Origin: Rhizodiscina lignyota
Taxonomy: Eukaryota
Length of the DNA stretch: 64,000 nt
NCBI GenBank assembly: GCA_010015805.1
Contig: ML978129.1
Span: 496,001 to 560,000 of the forward strand
Direction of reading: 5' to 3'
Within the stretch, counting starts at the first letter, position 1. Each line of letters starts with the position of its first letter. Under the pieces are notes generated by a model. That model ran no database searches. It was not told the DNA's origin and saw nothing but the letters and a program-made list of their open reading frames with translations. Below are positions 22,213 to 33,731 of the stretch, piece after piece. The position numbers and the translations under genes are program-made.

Positions 22213-25200
22213 TTATTTCACATTGCCGCTTATCGCTGAAAAGGCAAAGTCAGTCGCATCGGTCGTTTTTCTGTCGCGCCTAGATTTGCGGGTCGAGCCA
22301 GTAGCCTTAGATGTTTCTCGCCCGTCCGTTCCTGTACCAGAATTAGGAGAGGTTGTGATTCCTTCAAAATCTTGTTCATTTTCTTCGGACGTCTCGGAAG
22401 TGTCGGACGGCATCGCTACTTCATCTTCTGCTCCTCTTCCGCTGGAGGGCACCGCTGGTTCCATCCCAGGCTTGCGAGGCAGCTTTGCCCTTTTCACCTC
22501 TGCCTTGTGTTCGCGCATCGCCTGTTCCACGGGTATCCCTTTCTTTCGCGCATTGAGAGCCTCTTCGGCACTGGCAACAGACTCTAAAGCGTAAGTGTCT
22601 CGCCACTTCTTCTTCTCTCGTTGCAGTCGAAGTCGCATCATGCAGCCGCGCTCTTTGGCTTCTTCCTGGACATCAAAGAGTTCAGCAAGCACACTCCAGG
22701 CATGATCGACGCGAGCCTCGACGCTCTTCAGATCGTTACGCTGCTCCAGCTGGGTTTCCTTCGAAGAATCTTCCGTCTCACTCTGGACATGTCTTCGCTT
22801 ATCGTAGGATTCCAACTGTTGCAGTTCTTGCCAGCCTTGGATCATTCTTGCTCGCCGAATCCAATGATTGGTTCCTGGGCCTCCGTGCCGCGCACTCCAT
22901 TCTCTCTCAATGCCTTTCATTGCGAAAGGAAAAGGTGCAGCACTCGCTGCAATTGGCTTCAATACCAGACCACCCAAGCTCATCCCAAAGCCTTCAAGGC
23001 AGCCGATTGTGCCACTGTGCTGCCAGCCAAGTTTCGGGAGTTTGTATAGCCCAGTGAAAGCATCTGCATTTCCATGGAGGAATTCATCCCGACCTGCACG
23101 TAGTCCAGATTTGACGCCAGTAATACGGCGCGGCCGTCGAACTGTCTCGTCGCCGTATAGTCGTGGAGCGTTGTGGAACCCTTGTGCGACTGCGAGTTGG
23201 AGCTCTATTGGAGCTTTGACGATTGCTTTAGCAGAGACTTTTAAGCCTGCCCTTGTCTGGTGGGCGAGTTCCCCCACGAGTGTCTCAGAGGGATCCGCAG
23301 ATATAACTGATAGCTGTGTGTCCTGTCTCGCTCGTGGTCTTGCTGGGCTGTTATTCCTTGACTCTACATTCGCGGAACTGGCATCCGTTTCGTCTCTATT
23401 TCCGGTCGATGTGATGTTCGAAGTATTCGCAGATTCAGCTGAGCGCTGCGGTTCTTCGTCTTCAGCTGAAGCACCAGATGATCTTGTCTCTTCACTCAGC
23501 CCGGATTGTACATCCTCATTCGGCTCTTCTTGGTTCTCGACTTCTTCCACGGCGGACCCAATTGCGGCATCGTCTGATATATCGCACTCCTCTTGTTGTC
23601 TGTCATTGTTCATCTTTTCGTTGCGCCGTCTCTTCTTCTTGTCATGGTCTTCTCTTCTCTTAGTCACTTTAGCGAGCCGAATTGGCACGCTACTGACACC
23701 TTTCGCAGTATCGCGAAAACTCCGGATTAGAGCCATTCCGGCACCAGTAAACGGTTCACCGGGTCCTTCAAAATCGTTCCACTCAACATGTCTGCAAGTC
23801 GCCAGGTCCTTCCACCTTATCTTTCCTTCCCTGACGAGTAACTCTGCGGCGAGAGCACTGAACCTCTGCTGTGTTCCTTTCAATCGCCATACAGCAACAC
23901 GTTCGTCCAAAACCGAGCATCGCATCCCACCTTCACCACGGAGAGGTAAGCTCCGATGAAAGCTTCGGACTGCATTGACCGCTCCGTTTCCCTCCCGCCC
24001 AATGCTTTCAGCAATTTTCTTCACGTTCTCTTTCGCCTCATCCGTCAAACATTCTTTGATTCCGTTTGCGAGCTTCTCTGCAGTGAGCTTCTTGTACGGA
24101 ATGCATTTGAAAGCACCTGCACGCGCCTTCGCAACCATTTCCCCCCAGAAGGGCTGATCGCCAAAGAATGGCACAATCATTGTTGGTCTGCCGCATTTCA
24201 ACCCAATCGCCGTTGTTCCTGCGCCTCCATGGTGAACGACCGCACTCACGCGAGGGAACAACCAGTCGTGCGGCGTATTATCGAGCAGAAATATATTCTC
24301 CGGAACGTCTAGGCCGTCTCCTCCTATCCCACCCCAGCCTTTGCTGACGAGGGCACGTACGCCGGCTTGCTTGACAGCAGAGAAGATGAGCTGAGTGAAC
24401 CTGTCCGGATCATCGACCACTATGCTTCCAAAGCCAATATAGACCGGTGGAGGTCCAGCATCAAGAAACCGCAATAACTCATCGGGGGGTTTAAATGAGG
24501 ATCCTAGGTCGAGAAAGACGAAGCCTGCAATATCAATTTCTGGACCCCAATCATGCGGTTTCGGTACTAGCGATGGAGACCAAAGATATGTATGTGGTAC
24601 TCGAAGTCTGTACAGCTGCCCTGGCGCCCAAAGCGTTGATACCGGATCGAGGCCCAGTGATTCAACCCTGAATTTGTTAACGAGGTCACCGAGGCCTTGC
24701 CATGTCATCATTTCCACCAAAGGATATGACATGAAGTTTGCATAGCCCCATTCGACATTGCTCTGCTTGATGTTTGCCAAGGGATGTGGGAATTCTGTTG
24801 TTGGAGAGTATGGGAAGGTAAACATGATGTGCAAAGGTACGGCCAATCGCTCTGCAATGTGGATGTGCGCAAAGGATGGAGGGTTGGCGATGATCGCGTC
24901 GGCAACGAATGGCGGCTTCTCTGTTGTACCTGGATCCGTCTCCGTAGAGGTAGAATCGTCATCCGTGGTATTGACGCATGCTCGCCACATTCCTTGAAAC
25001 ATCTCGTACATACTTGCACGTCGTCTACCGATTTCACCAGCTCTAACAGTCTCTAGGCTCGGAATCAACCCTGGATTTTTTACCATGAAAGCCATCAATT
25101 CTGAAGGATTGCCCCCAACAGAAAAGAATTCAAGTCCAGCGTCCTCGACAAAGTCTTTGAAAGCAGGATGCGAAGCAATCCGCACCCTGTGGCCATACTG

Positions 25201-26031
25201 TTCTCTGAGCACTCTCCCAATCTCTAGAAATGGTTGGATGTCGCCTCTCGAGCCAATGACTATGATCACAATGTTGAGCTTCGGCCGTGTCTCCGCATTC
25301 TCGAAAATTGTGTCAAGACTCGCAGTTTCCGTCTTGCTCTCAGCAGGGGTTTCGACGTGCTTGCGAGTTGGCAATAGATGATGCCTGAGACCTGAAGCGA
25401 GCGCATCCGCCAGGTATCCATTATTTGCAATCTCCTTCACGGAGATGCGTAAACGTCCATCACGGGCAGAGACATTTCCGCGAGTTCTGAACAGATCGTT
25501 TCCGACCGAGAACTTGGAATAAGGTCCAGCTTGCGACGCCCTGCGACGTTTGCTTGGTCGTTTGATATTATCGGTGTGTATGCCCGTGCGTTGATGGCTT
25601 TTCGTTCTCGATGAGCTCACCTCGTCCTCCGAACTTGAACTTGATACGTCTACATCGTCGTCGTCAAAGGTGTATGTGGCCTTCCGAGTTAGTTTCTGGC
25701 GTTCTGTATCATTTCGGCTTTTTGATCGGAATATTGACGATCTTCGGGTCTTAACTGGCTCGAGTGGAAGCTCTCCGTCGCTAGAGGGTTCAACACTAGC
25801 CCTTTGCGGTGCCGTTGAGACACGTGTCGTAGTTGGGCGCAGAGACCCGGATGGTCCAGATGCAGACGATTTTGGGGTTATAGAAGATAATAATTCCGCA
25901 TTAAGTTGTCCTGCTGTAGTGTGTCTCCTTGAAGGATCTACTGAAACGGCAGGATTGGCGTTTGGATATGGAAATTCCGTAGCAGGCGGAGTGAGCCTAG
26001 GAACGAGCGGATCCTCCTTCTCAGTCGACAT
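22213..26031 (-). CDS. GT1-family UDP-glucose:sterol glucosyltransferase-like protein (UGT80/Atg26-type catalytic domains), 1272 aa
   Basis: IGSRGDIQPF, HRVRIASH, DAIIANPPSFAHIH, PPPVYIGFGSIV, PHDWLF..VVHHGGAGTTA.GL..GRPTMIVPFFGDQPFWG (UDPGT signature). Confidence 0.9.
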   Translation of the reverse strand: MSTEKEDPLVPRLTPPATEFPYPNANPAVSVDPSRRHTTAGQLNAELLSSITPKSSASGPSGSLRPTTTRVSTAPQRASVEPSSDGELPLEPVKTRRSSIFRSKSRNDTERQKLTRKATYTFDDDDVDVSSSSSEDEVSSSRTKSHQRTGIHTDNIKRPSKRRRASQAGPYSKFSVGNDLFRTRGNVSARDGRLRISVKEIANNGYLADALASGLRHHLLPTRKHVETPAESKTETASLDTIFENAETRPKLNIVIIVIGSRGDIQPFLEIGRVLREQYGHRVRIASHPAFKDFVEDAGLEFFSVGGNPSELMAFMVKNPGLIPSLETVRAGEIGRRRASMYEMFQGMWRACVNTTDDDSTSTETDPGTTEKPPFVADAIIANPPSFAHIHIAERLAVPLHIMFTFPYSPTTEFPHPLANIKQSNVEWGYANFMSYPLVEMMTWQGLGDLVNKFRVESLGLDPVSTLWAPGQLYRLRVPHTYLWSPSLVPKPHDWGPEIDIAGFVFLDLGSSFKPPDELLRFLDAGPPPVYIGFGSIVVDDPDRFTQLIFSAVKQAGVRALVSKGWGGIGGDGLDVPENIFLLDNTPHDWLFPRVSAVVHHGGAGTTAIGLKCGRPTMIVPFFGDQPFWGEMVAKARAGAFKCIPYKKLTAEKLANGIKECLTDEAKENVKKIAESIGREGNGAVNAVRSFHRSLPLRGEGGMRCSVLDERVAVWRLKGTQQRFSALAAELLVREGKIRWKDLATCRHVEWNDFEGPGEPFTGAGMALIRSFRDTAKGVSSVPIRLAKVTKRREDHDKKKRRRNEKMNNDRQQEECDISDDAAIGSAVEEVENQEEPNEDVQSGLSEETRSSGASAEDEEPQRSAESANTSNITSTGNRDETDASSANVESRNNSPARPRARQDTQLSVISADPSETLVGELAHQTRAGLKVSAKAIVKAPIELQLAVAQGFHNAPRLYGDETVRRPRRITGVKSGLRAGRDEFLHGNADAFTGLYKLPKLGWQHSGTIGCLEGFGMSLGGLVLKPIAASAAPFPFAMKGIEREWSARHGGPGTNHWIRRARMIQGWQELQQLESYDKRRHVQSETEDSSKETQLEQRNDLKSVEARVDHAWSVLAELFDVQEEAKERGCMMRLRLQREKKKWRDTYALESVASAEEALNARKKGIPVEQAMREHKAEVKRAKLPRKPGMEPAVPSSGRGAEDEVAMPSDTSETSEENEQDFEGITTSPNSGTGTDGRETSKATGSTRKSRRDRKTTDATDFAFSAISGNVK

Positions 26032-27791
26032 GACAAACGAGTAAAGTTGAGATAGAAGCGAATGTTCTCAGTGAAGGAAGCTCAAACAGTGGCCAAAATC
26101 ATATCAACGAGCCATCTTCCTGAATTCCCCGAGAGGCAAGCTTTTGTGGCAATATGACAGAAATAGAAAGAATCAACAGTATAAGACCGCGATTATAGCA
26201 AACAATGTGAGAGAAGCGACATAATAGTCGTCTGGACTTCTTCTCGGGCGAGTTCACCTCCAGAAAAGTCTGAGATATGTTAGGCCTTCGTTGGATGCCG
26301 CGACGCGATGACCTCAGAGCGAGTCCGCCGCGGCAAGGATCAAACCGGTTCGGCGTGACTGGAGGGTGACAAAATAGTTGGTGTCCGAACAAGCCGTACG
26401 ATAACGCCTCAGCGCGGACAGCTCTCGTATCTCAAGGCTAGCGAGACTGGCATTAAAAGCTTAGTACGTTCATTGAAGTGTATAAAACAATAATAGACCT
26501 TTGAAAGGCCTGTACGCTTTATTCGCTGTAGAGACTATGGATTATAGCTATTCGGCGTCTTGAAAGCTGCGCTCAACTTTTTTGTCACCTCCCACGCGCG
26601 CCCTATTATATTTAGGTATCGTATCGTTGTACCCATGGACTAAACTTGTCTCGGTTAGAGGCTGTTCGAGACTTTGTCTTCATTCATCAATCATGCTGCT
26701 CCAATTCGAACATCCTGCTTGTTATCAGAGTGCTGTATATTCTATCGTCACTACGTATTATTCCTGCCATCGCTTCTCGATTACTCTGACTGCATCCGAG
26801 TCGCCCGACAGGTGCATAATTTGGTAAGCTTCCGCGAGAGACCTACTGGATGAGGATTGTTGGAGACCCTTTGTCAACGACAGACTTTCACATGATGTGT
26901 GTAGGCGGCTTGAGTCCATCACTATCGTACTCAGAACCGTGGAGTAGAGTGAAGGCTCATGTCAAATTGAGTGATGTTTGCTCCCTCAGCCTTCTCATTC
27001 CGCTGAGCAGTCTGAGCCACAGTGCATCCTCAGCTCTTGTGGTACCTGGAAAAGTCACACTGCCAATCAATGCTTCAACTAACTATACGGTTCAAGATGG
27101 ACTAATTCAGGATTTTCTTGCCCTGAGATGTGGTCTTCAGCTTGTTGGTGTCACATTCCTGCGCACACGCCGAAATCCTCTTCTACAGCTTTATACAGCA
27201 ACTTTGGGCGGCGCCAGGTGACGATATACGATACTAGGGAGTAGGAACTACCCAATAGTTCTGCAATTCCGTCCGAGGTATTAGAAACGTGTGCTTGGTG
27301 CACATTGAATGTAAGCTGAACAGGCCCTCGGCCCATCTAAATGAATAACCCATCAAGCTCTCTCGAAACATTTGCGAAATTTCGTATTGCGTGTAACGAT
27401 TGCCATTTGTTCAATAGAATCTTTCCAAATATGTGGTTTTGGACTCCTCGCCCCATATCTGTTCCGAATTGCATCTGGAAACGAACCAGTAGTGTCTTCA
27501 GTGGGCTCAGTGACCATCAAGTTCACCAGGTTACAACCGTTACACAAAAGCACTCTCGCGTTATGTGAGGTACGACGACGAAATCCTCCTGAGCATACGA
27601 GTTTCAGACCCCGCGAAGACAGCACGGCATAGTCACGGCATACACCAACACTTCGATCCATGGAACGCGCGCAAGTTCAAGGCATAATGCCTCACTCGCC
27701 TTACGCTCATGTACAACAGAGCTGACGGTACCGACGGGAGAATCGAACTCCATCGGTTGAACATTGAGGGGAAAGTGTAATGAAGAAAAGG

Positions 27792-27797
27792 TATAAA
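27792..27797 (+). promoter_or_regulatory. TATA box upstream of the small secreted protein gene
   Basis: TATAAA ~130 bp upstream of the ATG at 27923. Confidence 0.45.
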
Positions 27798-27922
27798 TGA
27801 ACGCATGTCGAGCTTTACTGTCTGTATTCATCACCAAGACTCCAATTCTCAAGTCGATCCTCAACTTCATCAGTGACAGTTCTCTCATAAAGTTTCAAGG
27901 ACAGCACGTCTACAATCCAAAC

Positions 27923-28360
27923 ATGTATACCTCCACTCTTTTCTTTCTGCCACTTGCCGCTGGCTTCGCAGCAGCCATTTGCCCGGGCTTCAACTATGCC
28001 ATTGGCAATGTCGTCCCTGAGGGTAATGGGGTCAATCGCTGTAAGTAGTATAGACCGTCCTCTGGGTCTTCGTTGCTCACACTTCGAAGGGAACGTCTAC
28101 GATGACTCCTGCAACGTTGTCGACGGCCTCACTACCAACAGAAACCCGTGCGAACAGGGTACCTTTGGATGCTCACCTCCGCCTGTCTTGTTTAATCAGT
28201 ACACGAACTCCTTCACCGGCCTAATCTATGCCTGTCGTCCGGACCCCAATTCTGGAAACTGCGGCAGTGATGTAATCTCCGTCTGCGTAAGTGCGCCCAG
28301 CTCTTCTGAACGAGACCACTACTGATGGCCTTGATACAGTGCCGCAATGATGGAAACTAG
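27923..28360 (+). CDS. Small secreted cysteine-rich protein (111 aa, 8 Cys), 3 exons
   Basis: Exons 27923-28040, 28090-28286 and 28340-28360 give the signal peptide MYTSTLFFLPLAAGFAAA followed by ICPGFNYAIG...WNVYDDSC...NPC..GTFGC...YACRPDPNSGNC....ISVCCRNDGN. Both intron donors are GTAAGT. Confidence 0.85.
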
Positions 28361-30093
28361 CTTGCCTTCGGAAGACTTTTTTCTTCGACGGTGCTGAATT
28401 AGCTTTGAGTCGCTCGCTGTTAGAAAGAACTGGGTCATGAATTTGAAGGAGGGAAGTCAATGAACTGCAATGAATTTCGATTGTGGCTTTGGCTGTAAAA
28501 TACTAATCATCAATCTTCTATTGCTCACAATTTCAGACGAACCGTTCGCAACCGAGAATACTCTCTTAAACCTTGGCGAAACTATTGCACGAGAACCTTG
28601 AACCCTCATGTAAGGGCTTCAACGTTCGAAGAGCCACTAACATGGCAAGTGAGCCTCTTTAACATTACAGCTTAAGACAAGGTACTGTTGTAATAGTGAA
28701 CAGGACCCTGGGAAGACCGAAATCGCCTGGACGGTTCATCCACGATATGCTAATTCACATTTGCAAACGACTGTTGGGCACTTGGGACACACTGTCTACG
28801 TTTCACTACTACCTCCTGAGTCCTATTATGTCCATTCGCAACCGAGCAGGGCCATCGCTACTCCACTCTTTATGCGGTTGTCAGAACATCTTGAGCACGG
28901 AGTCTCCACATCCTTTACGAAGCCCTGACTACCCGTATGTCGGATCGGAGAACACGTGAACTTGCGCGAGAGAAGATCCCAGAGCATGTGAGCGAGTAAT
29001 CAAATTTGGACGTTTTAAATGAGTGCTGCTCGTACGAAGGCCATTTTCAAACATTTAACCATTGTAAACGAACCGATCTTTGAGCGTGCCGGTTCATGCA
29101 AAGCCGCACTCCTCGAATCCAGGATACTTAAGAATAGTATTTCAATCAGAGAGGAAATAGGCGAGGGAAGAAGTCAGAAATATCACAGCTACAACCGCAA
29201 TGGATGTCTGGTCAAGGGTGAGGCTAGTTCCCAAAGTGGAAGTTGCAGGGTTTCTTTCATCCCATGGTTATGAGCCCGCATCGGCAGCAGTCAAAGTCCT
29301 CACTGCACAAGTAATTGGCCAAATCCTGCTCTCTTCTCTATATCCATGACATCTCTGCCGCATGGCCAGCCTTTGCAAATAGTGAACTTGTACCGGGCTC
29401 CAGTCTTCCAACAACTCCATCCACTCGAAAGGAATGGAGGAGAGAGAACCCTTCTCGACTTTCTCCGTCTCAGTCCCTCGGAGAAAGGAATTTGTCGGCA
29501 TCCTATAGTTTAGTGTAGCTGAAGTCCTTTAGCAGAGGCGTCGTAGCGTCGGAATATGAAGGTATGCTCGCCCGTGTCGCTTGTGGAGCGAGCTCGGGAT
29601 TGGGGTGGACTGGCGAGCGAGGCGAACCCCACTTTTTCTACATACGTCGCCAACCCATCTCGACCATTCTTCATCCAACTCACACGCTTGGCTTTCAGCA
29701 TGTCTCATCTCCTACTGGTGAAGAGCAAGGAAAACATGGAGAGGGACATGGCGTAGACACTTACCAAACCCTTAGGCACCTGATTAAGCAAGATGTTCCT
29801 CCACTCATGAGTCGGCAATCATACTGTCGGCGTCGTCGAGAGCCGTCTGTGCCACGGAGCTGAGTTTAACGTCATCCGCATTACGTAGAGTCATAGGGGA
29901 ATTGATCATCATATTAAGGCTCCTGAAATGTATAAGTATCCTGACAATTTCTTTAGATTTCTTTCATTCAAGCATCAGACTTAAGATATTCTTCCAGTGC
30001 ATTAGCTCCAACTCTTTCCGAGCACCAACTTCAATTGACACTCCACTTTAAGTGTAAAGACACCTATCCTCACTAGATACAGCTTTCAACAGC

Positions 30094-30987
30094 ATGACTC
30101 CCCCTCATCGTGCAATCATTGCTATTACTTCAGCTCACGCCGATCTCTTCGAGGGTGGCGGTCACACGACAGGCCTCTTCATCTCTGAAGCTCTGCATCC
30201 CTTCAATGTCTTCAAGAAGGCCGGTTTCGAGGTGGACTTCGTCTCTGTGACTGGCAAATACTTTCCAGACTGGCTGAGCCAGCAGCCAGATTTCTTGCCA
30301 CCAGCAGACAGGGCGCAATGGGAGGACCTCAGTGGAGAGCTCAGGCAGAAGCTTGACCACCAGCTCTATACGCCAGACCAAATCGACGCTTCCAAGGTGA
30401 GTACGCCTACACGAATCCGGGCAGTGGCCAGCTGACATCACTTAGTATGGTATCTTCTTCGCCTCTGCAGGTCACGCTGCGTTGATTGACTACCCCAAGG
30501 CTGTGGGTATTCAAAAGATCGCTGAGCAAATCTGGAATGCGGGAGGTATTGTATCGGCAGTGTAAGTGGTTATTTCCAATCCGATGCAGGCTTCTGCTAA
30601 GTAGAGACAGGTGCCACGGCCCCGCGATATTTGACAACCTCATCGATCATTCCACTGGCAAGCCACTCATTCAGGGCAAGCAGATCACTGGTTTCACCAC
30701 CGAGGCTGAATATGACATGAAAATCATGGATACTCTTAAGAGCTGGGGTAATCCACTCGTCGAAGAGACCGCGGAGAGCATGGGTGCAAAGTGTAAGCCT
30801 TCCAGCCATTCTCTCTGCGCACCCGAAGATGGCATGCATTTGCTAAAATACAACTTGTACAGATTCGAGGGGAGCGGGTGTTTGGGATGACTATAGTATC
30901 GTCGATGGACGTCTCGTCACAGGCCAGAATCCGCAGAGCGCAAGGTCGACCGCAGTCAAGGTTGTTGAGGCATTCGAGAAGCTGTAA
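30094..30987 (+). CDS. DJ-1/PfpI family Hsp31-like glutathione-independent glyoxalase, 4 exons
   Basis: TGLFISEALHPF (catalytic Glu), FFASAGH, SAVCHGP (Cys-His), GKQITGF, GRLVTGQNPQSA. Confidence 0.92.
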
Positions 30988-32096
30988 AGTCACTCGACAA
31001 TTACTTTTCCGTAAGTGGTTGATAGGCTTTGTAGTATAATGGAAATGGAATTTTCAAGGGATGAAGCTGTGTATCTTTTTCGGTGAAGACTCCGAGAAGG
31101 ACTTGAGGATGCTATGGTCCTTCTAGAAAGGGAAGCTAGCAGACTTTAACGTGAGGATTTCTCGCAGCATTCCGAGTCATTGGGTACCTCCAATCGGTCA
31201 AAGTCCAGGACGTACTGCGATCACTGCGTTGACTGCTTCAGGCAAAGAGAGGTGGAGATGTTTGATTAGATCAACGACGTGCTTTGTAACCCACGGGCAC
31301 CTCGAGAGATCCCATTGGATATCTTTGTCGATGCGTGAGGAGAGCCGCGCCCATCAGGGTGGCTCAAGCAACTAAAAATGGGCTTGATATAAAACCCTCC
31401 TTGACCTGGTATCTCCTAACTCCTCTACCCTTCATGATATCGCAACACCTTCCAAAGTCTCAACCGTTCAGCAGATTGTCAACCTTTCTGACTCGGAAAG
31501 TCGGAAAGATTTCCGAGAACGAAAGGAGGGGCATTCGAACAACGTCATCGGGGGCAACTGAACCGACGAAAGGACGAGAGAGTCTGTCTTGATCCACGAG
31601 CGCACAAAAGCGAAATGAGCGTAGCGAGATTATTCGGAACGTCAGTCGAGCCACCTGGGGCCTCAGTTTAGCCTTCCGTGCGGCATTCTGTCACCCTATG
31701 CCTCTGGTTGACAGCTCCCGATGTCGCGCGGGGCAGAATCTATGACATGGGCATTGCAGCTCCACAGCTGTGCAGCTCTTGCGCGCGAGGGATAATGATC
31801 GATTGGCATGTAATGACATAGACTAGTTTTATCCGCCGCCCGCAAGGCCCGCTGTCGGAGAGTTCTGCGCGATGGATGAAGCCTATCATCGTCATCCACA
31901 CCTGCCCAGAGCGCATAACGTATCTGCTCGGGAGGTCCACAGATAAATTTCTTCACGTCGCGTCCCTTTTTCCTCAACAATCAGCCTGAATCTTTCTCTC
32001 AGACCTCATACCTGCTCAATTGACCATAAGTCACGTCTCAGACCCGATCCCTCTCAGAATTGCGTCGTGAATACTGCCAGATCTCACTCAGCCAAG

Positions 32097-33469
32097 ATGG
32101 GTTACCCAGATACCGCGACAGGCTTTATGCACGTCGATGCGAAGAACTGGACCAAGTTCGAGAAGCAAGAGGTCTGAATTCTACTATGCTGCTGCGAGAT
32201 CGAGCATCGAGCTAATTTTTCCGTTGTCAAGTTCCCGCTCAAGCCCTTCGAAGACTCTGATATCGACGTCGCCATCGATTGCTGTGGTGTCTGCGGATCT
32301 GACGTCCATAAGATTTCCGGCGGTTGGGGCGACCACCACATTCCTCTTTGCGTCGGTCACGAGATTATCGGCCGTGCTGTAAAAGTCGGTCCGTCCGTGT
32401 CATGGTGCAAGGTTGGCGACAGAGTTGGCGTTGGAGCCCAGATCGCAGCCGATTTGACATGCGTATGTACCCTACAACGTATAGTGGAGAGTGAACTCCC
32501 AGCTGACTTGGGGATAAAAGAAAAACTGTAAGGCGGGCGAAGAGAACTACTGCCCAAATGGTGTCGACACCTACGATTCGGCGTATCCGGATGGCACGAT
32601 CAGCCAGGGAGGTTACTCGAGTCACGTCAGGGCACATCAACAATTCGTCTTCCCGATCCCGGAGAAACTGTCTTCAGAGGATGCAGCGCCGATGATGTGA
32701 GTAATCTATTTATGCACACTGATGGAGTGGAATTTGCTAACTCACGAGCTTCAGGTGTGCGGGACTTGTAAGGCTTCAATTCTCGAGAAAAGGGCCAGCA
32801 GAAGCTAATCGACGTGACAGACAGTATTCAGTCCTCTGAAGCGGTTAGGATGCGGACCAGGGAAGCATGTTGCGGTCGTTGGCATGTAAGTCCATCCTTC
32901 TCCGTTTCCTGGCATAACGACTCTAACGGAACCGCAGCGGAGGCCTGGGTCATTACGCTGTCCTCTTCGCCGCTGCAATGGGCGCCGAAGTTACCGCCAT
33001 CTCGCACAGTCCCTCCAAGAAAGACGACGCGTACAAGCTCGGCGCAAAGAACTTCATCTCGCAGAAAGACGACCCCAAGTGGTTCGAGAAGTACCCATTC
33101 GAGTTCGACTACATCATCAACACAGCCAAGGCCGTCGACACGTTCAATCTGAAAATGTTCCTCAGCACGCTCAAGGTCATGGGCAAGTTCCACAACGTCG
33201 GCATGCCAGAGCACGCGCTGCCTGAGCTGCACTTCCAGGACTTTGCGGGCAACGGTAGTTACATTGGTACGAGCCACATTGGCAATCGCACGGAGATGCT
33301 CGAGATGCTGCAGTTGGCTGCAGAGAAGGGGGTCAAGAGCTGGGTGCAGGAGGTGGAGATCAGCCCCGAAGGCTGCAAGGAGGTCGTGGAGAGGGTGTAC
33401 AACAACGAGAACGTGAGGTACAGGCTGTGCCTAACGAACTATGACAAGGCGTTCGGTAAGCGTTATTGA
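32097..33469 (+). CDS. Zn-dependent NADP(H) alcohol dehydrogenase/aldehyde reductase (cinnamyl-ADH/Adh6-like), 6 exons
   Basis: CGVCGSDVH, GHEIIG, GDRVGVG, GGYSSHVR, APMMCAGLT, VGIGGLGH, VRYR. Confidence 0.92.
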
Positions 33470-33731
33470 GCGACGGAGCTGAAGAAGGACGGATATGGAT
33501 ACGTCTGCATACCCAGCGGTGTTGGAGCCCTGCTAGTTCAGTCATTGCTTGGAACAATCATCAGTAAATCGGGATTAGTGCTCGAAGTGGTTGAAGTCTG
33601 GATGCATGATATTGACAGGCGACGAAGCGCATGCTGTGGTATCTAAAAAGTATTCAGCAAAATACAAGGATCACCAACACAGGGCAATCCCATGTAACAA
33701 AACAGTTCCAACGATGCTCAAAGTGAAATCA

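Noticed and set aside
22868..23959. 363-aa ORF antisense to the glucosyltransferase, and similar antisense ORFs over NUP159, ARP4 and SEC31
   Set aside because: Entirely overlap well-supported genes on the other strand and have Ser/Leu-rich shadow composition.
20568..26031. Hydrolase plus glucosyltransferase as tailoring genes of the PKS
   Set aside because: They lie ~28 kb from PKS1 with many housekeeping genes in between, and DHN-melanin synthesis needs no glycosyltransferase.
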